A DNA stretch of 64,000 nucleotides from Laetmonice hystrix. Its lineage: Eukaryota. Shown in pieces: positions 51,768 through 64,000 of the stretch (its first letter is position 1; each line of letters begins with the position of its first letter). Below the pieces are notes generated by a model. The model searched no databases. It saw only the letters and a list, made by a program, of their open reading frames with translations, and was not told where the DNA came from. The translations under genes and the position numbers were made by a program. The stretch is taken from assembly GCA_965235115.1 (NCBI GenBank), contig OZ249444.1, positions 29,884,001-29,948,000 on the forward strand, in the 5' to 3' direction.

Positions 51768-52537
51768 GTCAGTGGTGGTCCTGTTTGCTGACAGTCAGTG
51801 GCCGTCCTGTTTGCTGACAGTCAGTGGCCGTCCTGTTTGCTGACAGTCAGTGGTGGTCCTGTTTGCTGACAGTCAGTGGCCGTCCTGTTTGCTGACAGTC
51901 AGTGGTCGTCCTGTTTGCTGACAGTCAGTGGTCGTCCTGTTTGCTGACAGTCAGTGGTCGTCCTGTTTGCTGACAGTCAGTGGTCGTCCTGTTTGCTGAC
52001 AGTCAGTGGCCGTCCTGTTTGCTGACAGTCAGTGGTCGTCCTGTTTGCTGACAGTCAGTGGTGGTCCTGTTTGCTGACAGTCAGTGGTGGTCCTGTTTGC
52101 TGACAGTCAGTGGTCGTCCTGTTTGCTGACAGTCAGTGGTGGTCCTGTTTGCTGACAGTCAGTGGTCGTCCTGTTTGCTGACAGTCAGTGTTCGTCCTGT
52201 TTGCTGACAGTCAGTGGCCGTCCTGTTTGCTGACAGTCAGTGGTCGTCCTGTTTGCTGACAGTCAGTGGCCGTCCTGTTTGCTGACAGTCAGTGGCCGTC
52301 CTGTTTGCTGACAGTCAGTGGTCGTCCTGTTTGCTGACAGTCAGTGGCCGTCCTGTTTGCTGACAGTCAGTGGTGGTCCTGTTTGCTGACAGTCAGTGGC
52401 CGTCCTGTTTGCTGACAGTCAGTGGCCGTCCTGTTTGCTGACAGTCAGTGGTCGTCCTGTTTGCTGACAGTCAGTGGTGGTCCTGTTTGCTGACAGTCAG
52501 TGGCCGTCCTGTTTGCTGACAGTCAGTGGTCATCCTG
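51768..52537. repeat. Minisatellite, 26-bp unit, about 30 copies
   Basis: Unit CAGTCAGTGGTCGTCCTGTTTGCTGA. Confidence 0.97.
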
Positions 52538-52817
52538 TTACCTTATTCAAAGGCCACTTGATTCATTTTGAAACCACCGGTCCAGGCTATCTCATCGAGG
52601 GTTGTCATGAAGTATTAGCAGTAAAATGATACAATCCTATTCAGTAGAACTGATCTTATCCGACCTTCTGGTATGTCCTATTAGAGAGCGATGCTCGTTT
52701 TGTATTTCCCTCCCCCCCCCCCCCACCTCCATTGTAACCTTAGAGCATGCGCTGCTCATGCTTACTGTCAATCAAACTATGCCCCGCCCTTCACGCCTAA
52801 TATGGCCGTGTCCTTAC

Positions 52818-52887
52818 CCGGTTCACATCCGAGGTCAGTTCATACCTAGCTATAAACCCATTCACTGTGAATGACGCTACCATGCGC
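52818..52887 (-). CDS. Putative 70-bp exon (RMVASFTVNGFIARYELTSDVNR)
   Basis: Minus-strand acceptor TTTCTCAATACAG and donor CGG|GTAAGG. Only one frame is open. No homology established. Confidence 0.25.
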
Positions 52888-53204
52888 CTGTATTGAGAAA
52901 CTTCAAACATATATTTCCCAATGTAAAAATCTATATTATATTCGGTCCGATGAGTCCCGTTCCTGATTTGTCTGTGTTTTGGCGTTACGAACACCGCAGT
53001 TAGACACTGGCGGCACCTATCGGTCAAGTACGGAACCCGAGAGGACATTCTGCACGTGCAGATTATACCTCAAATTGAGAACTCTGAAGATTCTTTCTGC
53101 CATATTCAGATAACTTCATGACCTTTCAAAGGCAGTGTTCAAAATAATTCGAAATGACAGTCTTCAGAAAGAAGTAGGCTACGTTTTTCGAACAGCGCTG
53201 AAAG

Positions 53205-53560
53205 AGATGGCATTGGATGGTATTAAGGATTCAGGATTACCAGCTGTGGGCTCTAAAAGAACTTCAAGTCTAGAGTTGAGCACATTTAAGGTCACCTACT
53301 CGTAATACAGGGGAGTGCAGTTCAGTCGGAAGCAATAAGAGCAGAGTCAAAGTGGAAGGTGCGTACCCTTTATGAACTAATCCCAACTGACAGAGCTGTT
53401 TCTCGCTGCGATATTCAGGAAGGGGGTCGGGTGTAGATCATAGTGGGGGTAGGTCGAAGCGGCATCCCCTGCAGACCCATAGCCTGGTGCTTTGTCATGG
53501 GCTGTGAAAACCAGGCAGAGTGCGATGGCTTATCGTGGGGTGTATCTTAATGCAGCGACC
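53205..53560 (-). pseudogene. Possible decayed DIRS/Ngaro-type RNase H fragment
   Basis: Broken translation in changing frames: LVFT..GYG, NIA, W..KG..TFHFDSA, LKCAQL, SFRAH, ILNTI. This is the order expected for DIRS/Ngaro RNase H (FTDA..GYG; NIAxLEL; FHCDN; FRAxHIPGxLN.IADA). Recognised by eye only. Confidence 0.25.
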
Positions 53561-54231
53561 AGATAAAATCAGCGGGGCTTGTGTTGGTGTTAGCGAAGCT
53601 GTTGGGGTGTCGGTATCGACGCTAGGTGGCGCTTTACTGTAGAGATCAGTGATGAGTGAGTCAGGAGGAGGGTAGATTCCTCCAGTAGGGCGACACCCTG
53701 GAGCCGGGGGACTACAGCACTCATGTTGGAATTATCCCGGCCTTCTCACAGTTTTCGGTAATTTGATTAAATCAATAACACATAGAACACTATTTCTATT
53801 TGAGCAGTTGATAGATCAAGAACACTATACAGCTGGGGTTATGAAGACTGGGTGGAGAATGGAACCAAGACTAGGGTTAAAGATATCACAGGTGATCACA
53901 ATATTCTGATTCCGATAGTTCTGGTTGTGACAATGTTAACCAGATATAGTCATGATTTAAAGATTATCTTGTCCGTAACCATGGCAGTTTCCTGGCAATG
54001 CACGCGAGGCCCTGAGAAATCCTTTGCTTTGATTAAGTGCTTGCACATAACATAAGATTTTTCAACGACCCGGAATTGATTGCCAGCCAAAGCACGCGCC
54101 GTGGATAAGAACGTCGTGTTTGTGAACTCCTCCTGTTGATATTCTGACCTGCGTCTGGTATGTAGAACATGGAGCGATAGGCCACTATACGGAGCACGGC
54201 CAATATTTCAAACGTTTCCGCAAGCCTGAGG

Positions 54232-55805
54232 GAGTTGTTAACTGAAAGTAACATTTAGATATCTGCCTTTATAAAATAAAAACATTCATCACGCCGAGTG
54301 TTACCTGAATGTAACATTTAGATATCTGCCTTTATAAAATAAAAACATTCATCACGCTGAGTGTTAACTGAATGTAACATTTAGATATCTGCCTTTATAA
54401 AATAAAAACATTCATCACGCTGAGTGTTACCTGAATGTAACATTTAGATATCTCCCTTTATAAAATAAAAACATTCATCACGCTGAGTGTTAACTGAATG
54501 TAACATTTAGATATCTGCCTTTATAAAATAAAAACATTCATCACGCTGAGTGTTACCTGAATGTAACATTTAGATATCTCCCTTTATAAAATAAAAACAT
54601 TCATCACGCTGAGTGTTAACTGAATGTAACATTTAGATATCTGCCTTTATAAAATAAAAACATTCATCACGCTGAGTGTTACCTGAATGTAACATTTAGA
54701 TATCTGCCTTTATAAAATAAAAACATTCATCACGCCGAGTGTTAACTGAATGTAACATTTAGATATCTGCCTTTATAAAATAAAAACATTCATCACGCTG
54801 AGTGTTACCTGAATGTAACATTTAGATATCTGGCTTTATAAAATAAAAACATTCACCACGCTGAGTGTTAACTGAATGTAACATTTAGATATCTGGCTTT
54901 ATAAAATAAAAACATTCACCACGCTGAGTGTTACCTGAATGTAACATTTAGATATCTGCCTTTATAAAATAAAAACATTCATCACGCTGAGTGTTAACTG
55001 AATGTAACATTTAGATATCTGCCTTTATAAAATAAAAACATTCATCACGCTGAGTGTTAACTGAATGTAACATTTAGATATCTGCCTTTATAAAATAAAA
55101 ACATTCATCACGCTGAGTGTTACCTGAATGTAACATTTAGATCTGCCTTTATAAAATAAAAACATTCATCACGCAGAGTGTTAACTGAATGTAACATTTA
55201 GATATCTGCCTTTATAAAATAAAAACATTCATCACGCTGAGTGTTACCTGAATGTAACATTTAGATCTGCCTTTATAAAATAAAAACATTCATAACGCCG
55301 AGTGTTAACTGAATGTAACATTTAGATATCTGCCTTTATAAAATAAAAACATTCATCACGCAGAGTGTTAACTGAATGTAACATTTAGATATCTGCCTTT
55401 ATAAAATAAAAACATTCATCACGCTGAGTGTTACCTGAATGTAACATTTAGATATCTGCCTTTATAAAACAAAAACATTCATCACGCAGAGTGTTAACTG
55501 AATGTAACATTTAGATATCTGCCTTTATAAAATAAAAACATTCATCACGCTGAGTGTTACCTGAATGTAACATTTAGATATCTGCCTTTATAAAACAAAA
55601 ACATTCATCACGCAGAGTGTTAACTGAATGTAACATTTAGATATCTGCCTTTATAAAATAAAAACATTCATCACGCTGAGTGTTACCTGAATGTAACATT
55701 TAGATATCTGCCTTTATAAAATAAAAACATTCATCATGCAGAGTGTTACCTGAATGTAACATTTAGATCTGCCTTTATAAAATAAAAACATTCATCATGC
55801 AGAGT
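54232..55805. repeat. AT-rich minisatellite, 63-bp unit, about 25 copies, largely alternating as a 126-bp dimer
   Basis: Unit GAGTGTTA(A/C)CTGAATGTAACATTTAGATATCTGCCTTTATAAAATAAAAACATTCATCACGCT. TTACC and TTAAC variants alternate (54301, 54364, 54427, 54490...). Confidence 0.97.
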
Positions 55806-56164
55806 TGGCCTAGCCGAAAACAAGCGTCGGTAGAGAAAGCACCACGGACAACTTTGGTTTAGAGTTTCATGGTTTGCTGTTTTTGTATCTGACGCCTGCA
55901 TGTCAAATATTACATTCGTTGCCACACCTTGTACTTGCAACCACGTTCTTCCTTTACTGACTCAAAGACGCTCGATCCAGCGCAATATTTCCCCCTTTAT
56001 TATTGCAGTTTTCAGTCTCTGTGCAAAGTTAGATCATGTTACTGTGCGTGCCGGAATATACAGCGACTGTCTTTTCTTTTAAGAATGAAAAGGTAGATCG
56101 TTGTGAAGAGTAAGTCTTTGTTTAACGTGTGATATATAACCGCCATTGCTGCCGGCTGATTTAC

Positions 56165-56221
56165 CAATGCGACCATACGATTGGGATTCAGTCCCCGTCT
56201 TTCCACTATCGTAGGTAATGT
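56165..56221 (-). CDS. Putative 57-bp phase 1-1 exon (DITYDSGKTGTESQSYGRIG)
   Basis: Minus-strand acceptor TTTTTTATAG, donor G|GTAAAT, symmetric phase and open frame. No homology established. Confidence 0.25.
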
Positions 56222-56442
56222 CTATAAAAAACCGTATAAGTTTCTGGTCATAAAGGAGTCCTAAAATTGATTTACTATCACATGTTTCACAATACGGTAG
56301 AGGTTTGCAAGGGGGGCGGAGGATTACAGGTACGATCGTGTGATATTTGGACGGTGAACCTCCCCCAGCTGTGTTGTACAGATTGGTATCTTCGAGGAGA
56401 CGTGACCACGCATTTTGTTCCATATTCTGTACCGTCCGTGTA

Positions 56443-56668
56443 GTTCTTGATGTCGTCATATGGCGTCCTTGCGTCGTGACGTCACGTTTTGATGTCGTCA
56501 TCCTTGCGTCGTAACGTCACGTCTTGGTGTCGTCATATGGCGTCCTTGCGTCGTGACGTTACGTCTTGCTCTCGTCATATGGCGTCCTTGCGTCGTGACG
56601 TCACGTCTTGATGTCGCCATATGGAGTTCTTGAGTCATGACGTCATGTCTTGATGTCGTCATATGGAG
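56443..56668. repeat. Minisatellite, 42-bp unit, about 5 diverged copies
   Basis: Unit CTTGATGTCGTCATATGGCGTCCTTGCGTCGTGACGTCACGT. Three copies keep TGACGTCA. Confidence 0.9.
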
Positions 56669-58913
56669 GATAGATTGACTTGCGTGTTGCCTACACACAC
56701 ACAGCCGTCTGATCAGCGGCTCGCTCTCTCTCCATGAACACTATTCGTCCTCTCATGTCCTTGTCTGCTGCAGTGACGAAAACGTGCAGAAAAAACTACC
56801 CCACCGTCCATCGATATTAACGAGATAGAAAGAGCACACAAACAGCTGTAATTCACCACCACAGTTTGCCGCTCCCTCAGTATAAGCTCCAAACAGAATG
56901 ATATGTACCGTTCCCTTTCAGTTTAACTGTCTCTCCGCCCGACACTCACAATATCAGGTATGGCTTTCTAACCGTTTACAGAATCTGGAATTTCACTGAA
57001 AAAATCAATGAGACAAGACTAATGCAGGCTTAAGCTAACAGAAAACCTTTTATGTTCTTAGCAACATCGCCATGAATAAATATTTCACAGTGTTTAGGAC
57101 GCTCTCTCCATCTCCTATAATATTCCGGCTGACAGAATGTGTTACAGATCCAGGCAATAATCTTGTGTTCACCATGGAGGAACACACTGAAGGAGGCGGA
57201 TGTGTGCCGCTGATGGCCTGCCACTGCCGTCTCACCCAGAGTATTCGTGCATTTAGTCGGAGGCAGATAAACAAATAGAAACTGTGTATAATATGAAATA
57301 TACGCGAGTTGACATGGCAAGCCCGGGTCCACTCTTCTCTGCGTGAAAGGACCACCCCCTCCAAGGCGGTTGTCCTTGCAGTTTCCAAGGATTTTTTAAT
57401 TTTAAGGCGTTAGTTCATTCTTTACCATTTGCTAATTCTCTGCATCCGATGCTGAAAATGGCGAGGAAAATCGGTTGGATGGACTCGGCCCTTCAACGTT
57501 AGCCTTGGATTATAGGGAGGTATAATGACACGACGCCCGTTCCGCTTTATTCGGAAAGTTTTCAATGAGGCTGGAGTCATGAGTCATTATTTTCCGTTGT
57601 GGGTCTTTGTTCCCGACTTGGATCCGGCTATAGACTCTGCCTTTGTGGAATGAAATATATTTGTGTATATTTCTAGACGTTTTTTTTTCTTGTCCTTAAA
57701 TGATGTCTCTCTCTCTGTCTGTGTTCACCGAACGCATACCTTAAGGCTTGCAACGTCATAGATGATCATTCCACGAGTACAAGTTAGAGGGAAGAAAAGG
57801 CAATGTGCCCGGAATTGTAGACACCCGTACATGATACAAAAAGTTTGCATTAGTTAGACTCTAGTTGTACAATATAAGGTTGGGGGCGAGTTTTGACAAG
57901 TTTCCCACTTGATGACCTTTTGTCTGCTGCAGTGTTTTGCTGTGGCATTGCCCTCCAGGGTATTTTGTCAAAAGATATTCTGCGCGATGACATTTTATAG
58001 GAATCTCATGTGATTCCTTGGGGGTCGCTAGGCGGCGCCTTGTATTTCCTCCTTAACTTTCGCGCCCTTCAGGCTTACTTGGCGCGCAGTTTGACTTAGT
58101 GACATCCTGTCAGAATAACGTCATCACAAAGTTGTCGAGGCTGTCGGTAACTGCTGGAAGCCTGTGAAGTTTAACTGATGATGACGATAGGTTGAGATAT
58201 GATAAAGATATCCGTCCAGTGGCAGACAGAGGAAGTTTGTCGGAAGGAGAGGCGACCCACGATGAGAGACACCCCCAAGGTGAGAGACCTCCCCAGGTGT
58301 GGACCAATGAGAAATGCCAGTCTGACGGTACAGCTGTCGATGGGACCCAGATAAATGGGAACGGTCTGTTAGTTGTGTACCGTGGTGGTAAACACAACCG
58401 TCTCTATCTCTGTTAGATCCTCTATCTCCACGAACAGATAACGTTTGGTGACAGGATACGGCCTCCAAAAACACTCTTTGTGGCGGCAGCGCTGACAACT
58501 AGGAAAGGTATAAGGCCTTGTCTTGATAACTTGTAAGACACGGGAAATGTATGTCTGGGTGGACGGACAAAAGACACACAGGATTCTCTTAAGTCATGGC
58601 GATATTGTCCTGTCTAATCTGGCTCAAACTTTGGCGGCTCTTGGCTCTGTGCTCCAGGCTGCTTGGTGTTTGATGTGTCCAGCCAGTGAAGGGAACCTTG
58701 TATGGGTGTATCCAGTGAATGGCACGCTCTATGGATGATTATGTTCCGTGAAGACATCTTCTCTGCAGATATCAAGTTTATTTGGTACACGAAATCCTCA
58801 TCAAGGGACACTATACGTACAGGCGTGGTACTTTAGATCGAGTACACACCACATAACGGAGTCGCCACACCCGACCATACAGCAATGAGATAATGTGCAA
58901 ACGAACCAGAGTA

Positions 58914-59126
58914 AAGTGCTGAACCCACCAAGGCGATTCCCCTTGCGACGCCCATGCGATTTTGACATCACCCTTTTATTTTACTGTAATTTTGAGATTA
59001 AAGGATGGAACCCATTTCCTGAAACGGAGAAGGCCAGCTAGGAAAAATTTCAGAGTGAAATTCCACAATTAAATCAAAAACCGCATGGCCGTCGCAAGGG
59101 GAATCGCCTTGGTGGGTTCAGCACTT
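58914..59126 (-). mobile_element. AAGGCGATT MITE-like family, copy 3, with extra outer inverted repeat
   Basis: TA|AAGTGCTGAACCCACCAAGGCGATTCCCCTTGCGACG...CGTCGCAAGGGGAATCGCCTTGGTGGGTTCAGCACTT|TA: a perfect TIR of about 37 bp. Confidence 0.88.
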
Positions 59127-62100
59127 TAGTTCGTCTAGGTGCCCGACATCTGGGGACTCCAGGGTGTTTGTAGTGAATGCTTCACTAACGTTAAAGCAAA
59201 CCTTACTCTGGTGACTGTAGGGTCATCAGATCGATAGATAAAGTGTAAATCGGATGTTACCAAAAAATGAGATGTAGTTGTGAGCTCGGTAGCTCCCAAA
59301 GGCCACGCTCTGCCTTTAATAGTAGATGAATTTTCGTGGAAGTGTTAGATTACTGCGGTGTAATAGGAAGTAGAAAAAACTTCTGCGTCCGAGTCGGGGG
59401 GGACCAGGACAGGAGAATAGAGCCAGTTGTTGAATGGAATGGCGGCGTGTGGAGTTCTGGAGGCAGAGGGCAGCCATGGAAGGTCAATGAGACGGACGGT
59501 TCGTTGTGTGTGCTACCTTTACAAAGTCAGCCCTGCTCATGAGGAATATTTAATGATTCATTGTGGCATTGCGTGAGGGCATTTCTGTAGCCGTGCCCAA
59601 CAACACCGCCAAAGTTAGCGCCGTCAAACTGTTAATGGAAGAATGATGTAGTAATGCATCCTTCCACGGCCTGCTTCCGTGGCTGTGTGCCCGATGTGGT
59701 TCAAACACTTCAGACGACCGGTGTGACTTCATTTCGGCGCCGTTTTCGTGTTATTTCTACATTAAACTTTCATACATTGATAGAGTCGTATGCGGTGCTC
59801 CGTTTCACCAACCTCGTGGATACAAAGTCCCGAGAGAGGCGGCGTTGTGGAGCTTTGATCTTGCTGCCGTCAGTGATGAAGTCAGCAGCCAGGTCAGAGT
59901 GAGCCTCGGTTTCCGAGTCAGTTCCCAACCTCCCACATAACATCTTGGTTGCTCAGTTACTCTTGGCCCCAGGGCCCCACTGGGGGCTGACGGACCATTT
60001 TGCTGATTTAGAGGTCATGTCGGTCATCCCTCCTCCTCTTTCAGCCCATTATAGCCTCTCTTTTTGCCGCCCTCGACCTTAGCCCCCCGCCCGCCTCCCT
60101 GACCGCCCCTCCCCGCCCCATTGTGACCCCCCGACCACAATGGTGGCTAATCCATGACGTTATAACTCCACCTCCAATTAAGTCCGGCCACTTAGGGCGT
60201 TCCTACCCTCAGATCAGGGTCACGTGTGAGAGCGTGCAGGTGTCACTGAGACCGCCACACGGGTTTGTCGCCTCGGGAAGGTTGAGGTTAAAGCTGCTTG
60301 CTGGGAGGCACTGAGTGGGTCAACACTGCCCTCAACTCTCCTCCATTAATGGGTCCCCTTGATACCAATTCTGACACAATCATTCTGACTGACCGGACGG
60401 GACTGATGATACAAGCCAATTAGGGGTCAGACAAATGAGAACACATTTAGGGATGCGCGGTGATCATTTCTAACATTCCCAAAGTGGAGTGAAACTTATA
60501 GCTTTAACACACACACCCTGGTCTAACTGGAATGCCAAGCATTTAGCATATACATGGTGAAATGGGTACTGTCAGTGCTACAGCTTCATTCAAGGATTCA
60601 GACTCGCATTTGATATCAATTAACTTTTACCTCGCTATAGCAAGAGTTTCTTCATCATCACCATCATCCCGCATCATTATCCTCACAATCATCAGCATCA
60701 TCTTCCTCCTCTTCTACTACCTTCGTCCGGGTTGAAGATGACCGTACACACTATGTCCGTAATGTCACCTGGGGTTAGTAATGGCCTCCGGGTCGAGTGG
60801 TCGCTTGTCGAAAACCAGGTTGTATTTCGGAGGCCCTAGGGAGGTGGCGGGGAGCGAACGGAACACTGATTGAATCAGGATATGTTCCTCAGTTCAAACC
60901 AAATACGGGATTTTATAAACAGTTCTCCGATTCAGCTTGAACAATCGAAAACAGTCTCCAACGGAAACTAAAACATTTATATAAAAATGTGTTCTCTTAT
61001 TCCCTAGTTAGCTTTACTTGATGGAAACTAGGTCGAGTGGGAAGGCAAAACTGTCCCCAATTCTTTGTGAAAATGTTCCACTCTGTTGATGGTTTGATTC
61101 ATGATAAAAAAACACCCATCATATGTACGCAGATTTCTTCAGAAGAACAGGATTTGTCTTAAGTCCGCGTTGCGAAAGCTATTGACTGCAGTAAAAACCC
61201 CAGATCGTCAGGTTGCGCACGAAAGCTAACGAGAAAAAAGGTTGTTACAAATAGAAACTGCGGTGGCAGCCACTGTACTCTACCGCGGTAACTATTGTTC
61301 TGTTACCGTGCTACGGTAAAAACTTTTATGTTACTGTACAATGGTAACAACTGATCTTTGGCAAGACGCCCATAGTGTTATATGATGTCTCATTGGTTAA
61401 CCTCCTGTCAGCCAACGTTATCTTTTCATACAGGCAGTTAATTTAAGCTCTAGATTCAAGGGAAATCGCTGAGAGTCCCAAGGAAGGCTCTGAGAACGGT
61501 TCTGAGAACCCCGGGAGGTTGTACAAGTATCACTGCCCGAACAGTAAACTATACTCTGCCAGGAGGGTCAACTCGGATTTACAGAGGCATCGGGCAGCTA
61601 ATGAAACATGCAAGAATTATAGATTGCCATCCTGAGCAGTCATATATTTTTTATGATCGGTGCAATATTCCTATCCCCAAGATACCATTGTGCTACCTTA
61701 CTGCATCGGAATTATCTTTCATTATACGAGACTTTGCCGTTTAATAATTTTTCCATTACTCCCCAGAAATGGGATTTACGCCAATGCCTTTTTACCAGAG
61801 GAAAGCGAACAGCAATACTCCTCACTGCGCATGAATAAACAGATCCGATGTTAAGGCGGCTAACCTTGTGGCAGACCGGTGTGGTAGTCAATGAAAGCTG
61901 CACCGTGGCTTTCAGACTGGCATCAGGTTAGACCCACATGCCCGGGTGCCCAGACCAGGGCACCAATTTGGCAGTAACCGGGACCATCATTTAACCAGTG
62001 TCAGTGAGATTTGGAGCGCTAATTTAGGTTCTGCACCATTTCAGATCTCAAGTTTTACATGTCATCCATTCCAGGAAGACAAGAGGTAGCATTGTACCGG

Positions 62101-62449
62101 AGTTCCCTAAAACGTAACCCACATTTGTATCAAAAATTGCCTTTTGGTTGTCAGCAGTAGTGCTGTTAATGCATATAAATGACAGTGCGACAGGTAATTT
62201 CCTTCGGCTCTGTCCATTGCCGGATAGGTCAGTTAGTGTTTTAGGAGCTGCTGTGATCTCCAATCAGGATTCTGTGTTTTATGACTGCCTGATATAGCTG
62301 GTAATAGAAGGTAATGTTGGAGGTGGTGGCGGGGCTAACACAATCAGTTGGAGACCGGATGTAGGTGAGAACGGGAGCGGCTATCGCCAGCCGGGACCCA
62401 ACCACTGCCGCCCTACTACTCCATGATAGCTCCAGCCACCGTACGTCTT

Positions 62450-64000
62450 CATCATTCTGCCCCAGTCTAATAATTAAACACATCATTCTACCCCAGTCTG
62501 ATCATTAAACAAATCATTCTACCCCAGTCTGATCATTAAACAAATCATTCTACCCCAGTCTGATCATTAAACAAATCATTCTACCCCAGTCTGATCATTT
62601 CACAAACACATTCTACCCCAGTCTGATCATTAAACACATCATTCTACCCCAGTCTGATCATTAAACACATCATTCTACCCCAGTCTGATCATTAAACACA
62701 TCATTCTACCCCAGTCTGATCATTAAACAATCATTCTACCCCAGTCTGATCATTAAACAATCATTCTACCCCAGTCTGATCATTAAACAAATCATTCTAC
62801 CCCAGTCTGATCATTAAACACATCATTCTACCCCAGTCTGATCATTAAACGCATCATTCTGCCCCAGTCTGATCATTAAACAAATCATTCTACCCCAGTC
62901 TGATCATTAAACAAATCATTCTACCCCAGTCTGATCATTCTACCCCAGTCTGATCATTAAACAAACACATTCTACCCCAGTCTGATCATTAAACAAACAC
63001 ATTCTACCCCAGTCTGATCATTAAACACATCATTCTACCCCAGTCTGATCATTAAACACATCATTCTACCCCAGTATGATCATTAAACACATCATTCTAC
63101 CCCAGTCTGATCATTAAACACATCATTCTACCCCAGTCTGATCATTAAACAAATCATTCTACCCCAGTCTGATCATTAAACAAACACATTCTACCCCAGT
63201 CTGATCATTAAACACATCATTCTACCCCAGTCTGATCATTAAACACATCATTCTACCCCAGTATGATCATTAAACACATCATTCTACCCCAGTCTGATCA
63301 TTAAACACATCATTCTACCCCAGTCTGATCATTAAACACATCATTCTACCCCAGTCTGATCATTAAACAAATCATTCTACCCCAGTCTGATCATTAAACA
63401 CATCATTCTACCCCAGTCTGATCATTAAACAAACACATTCTCCCCCAGTCTGATCATTAAACACATCATTCTACCCCAGTCTGATCATTAAACAATCATT
63501 CTACCCCAGTCTGATCATTAAACAAACACATTCTACCCCAGTCTGATAATTAAACACATCATTCTACCCCAGTCTGATCATTAAACAAATCATTCTACCC
63601 CAGTCTGATCATTAAACAGATCATTCTACCCCAGTCTGATCATTAAACAAATCATTCTACCCCAGTCTGATCATTAAACACATCATTCTACCCCAGTCTG
63701 ATCATTAAACAAACACATTCTACCCAGTCTGATCATTAAACAGATCATTCTACCCCAGTCTGATCATTAAACACATCATTCTACCCCAGTCTGATCATTA
63801 AACACATCATTCTACCCCAGTCTGATCATTAAACACATCATTCTACCCCAGTCTGATCATTAAACAAACACATTCTACCCCAGTCTGATAATTAAACACA
63901 TCATTCTACCCCAGTCTGATCATTAAACAAACACATTCTACCCCAGTCTTATCATTAAACACATCATTCTACCCCAGTCTGATCATTAAACAAACACATT
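62450..64000. repeat. Minisatellite, 31-bp unit, about 50 copies (runs off window end)
   Basis: Unit CATTCTACCCCAGTCTGATCATTAAACACAT, period 31. Confidence 0.97.

Noticed and set aside
58124-58498. Short-chain-collagen-C4-like domain (NFLCLPLD)
   Set aside because: Only a 6-residue resemblance, and the flanking conserved motifs are missing.
59350-59460. Fibronectin type III exon (STTGSILLSWSPP) on the minus strand
   Set aside because: A good acceptor is present, but the frame closes after about 45 codons without a clear donor or the rest of the FN3 pattern.
1-64000. CRISPR array
   Set aside because: All arrays are head-to-tail repeats with no unique spacers, there are no cas-like ORFs, and the context is eukaryotic.
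1-64000. rRNA, tRNA or tRNA-derived SINE
   Set aside because: No recognisable rRNA conserved blocks or cloverleaf. Isolated GGTTCGA or A-box-like words (about 17750, about 60785) lack the partner box and structure.

Overview
This is eukaryotic (animal, probably invertebrate; inferred from GT-AG exon structure, a calcium-binding EGF exon and the transposon types) intronic or intergenic DNA. About 22 unrelated minisatellite arrays cover roughly 23 kb by hand tally (about a third of the window), with units of 15-99 bp. Nearly all long ORFs in the supplied track are read-through of stop-free repeat units. Only one coding exon is well supported: a 123-bp phase 1-1 cbEGF exon at 19218-19340 (+). 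Several small non-autonomous DNA transposons (MITE-like) can be defined by terminal inverted repeats (TIRs) and target duplications. There are also weak decayed relics resembling a Penelope GIY-YIG endonuclease and a DIRS/Ngaro RNase H. I found no rRNA, tRNA, CRISPR array or intact transposase, and I cannot support a novel multi-gene system. The best leads are: (i) a 4.4-kb array of about 61 hairpin-forming 72-bp units whose indels fall only in the loop and keep frame; (ii) a 109-bp segment apparently copied from a locus 6.3 kb away into a palindromic MITE; (iii) a branchpoint-polypyrimidine-CAG|GTAAG motif resembling a recursive splice site on the minus strand; (iv) a possible fossil decapeptide-repeat gene under the 37-39.5 kb arrays. 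All coordinates and counts were made by eye.
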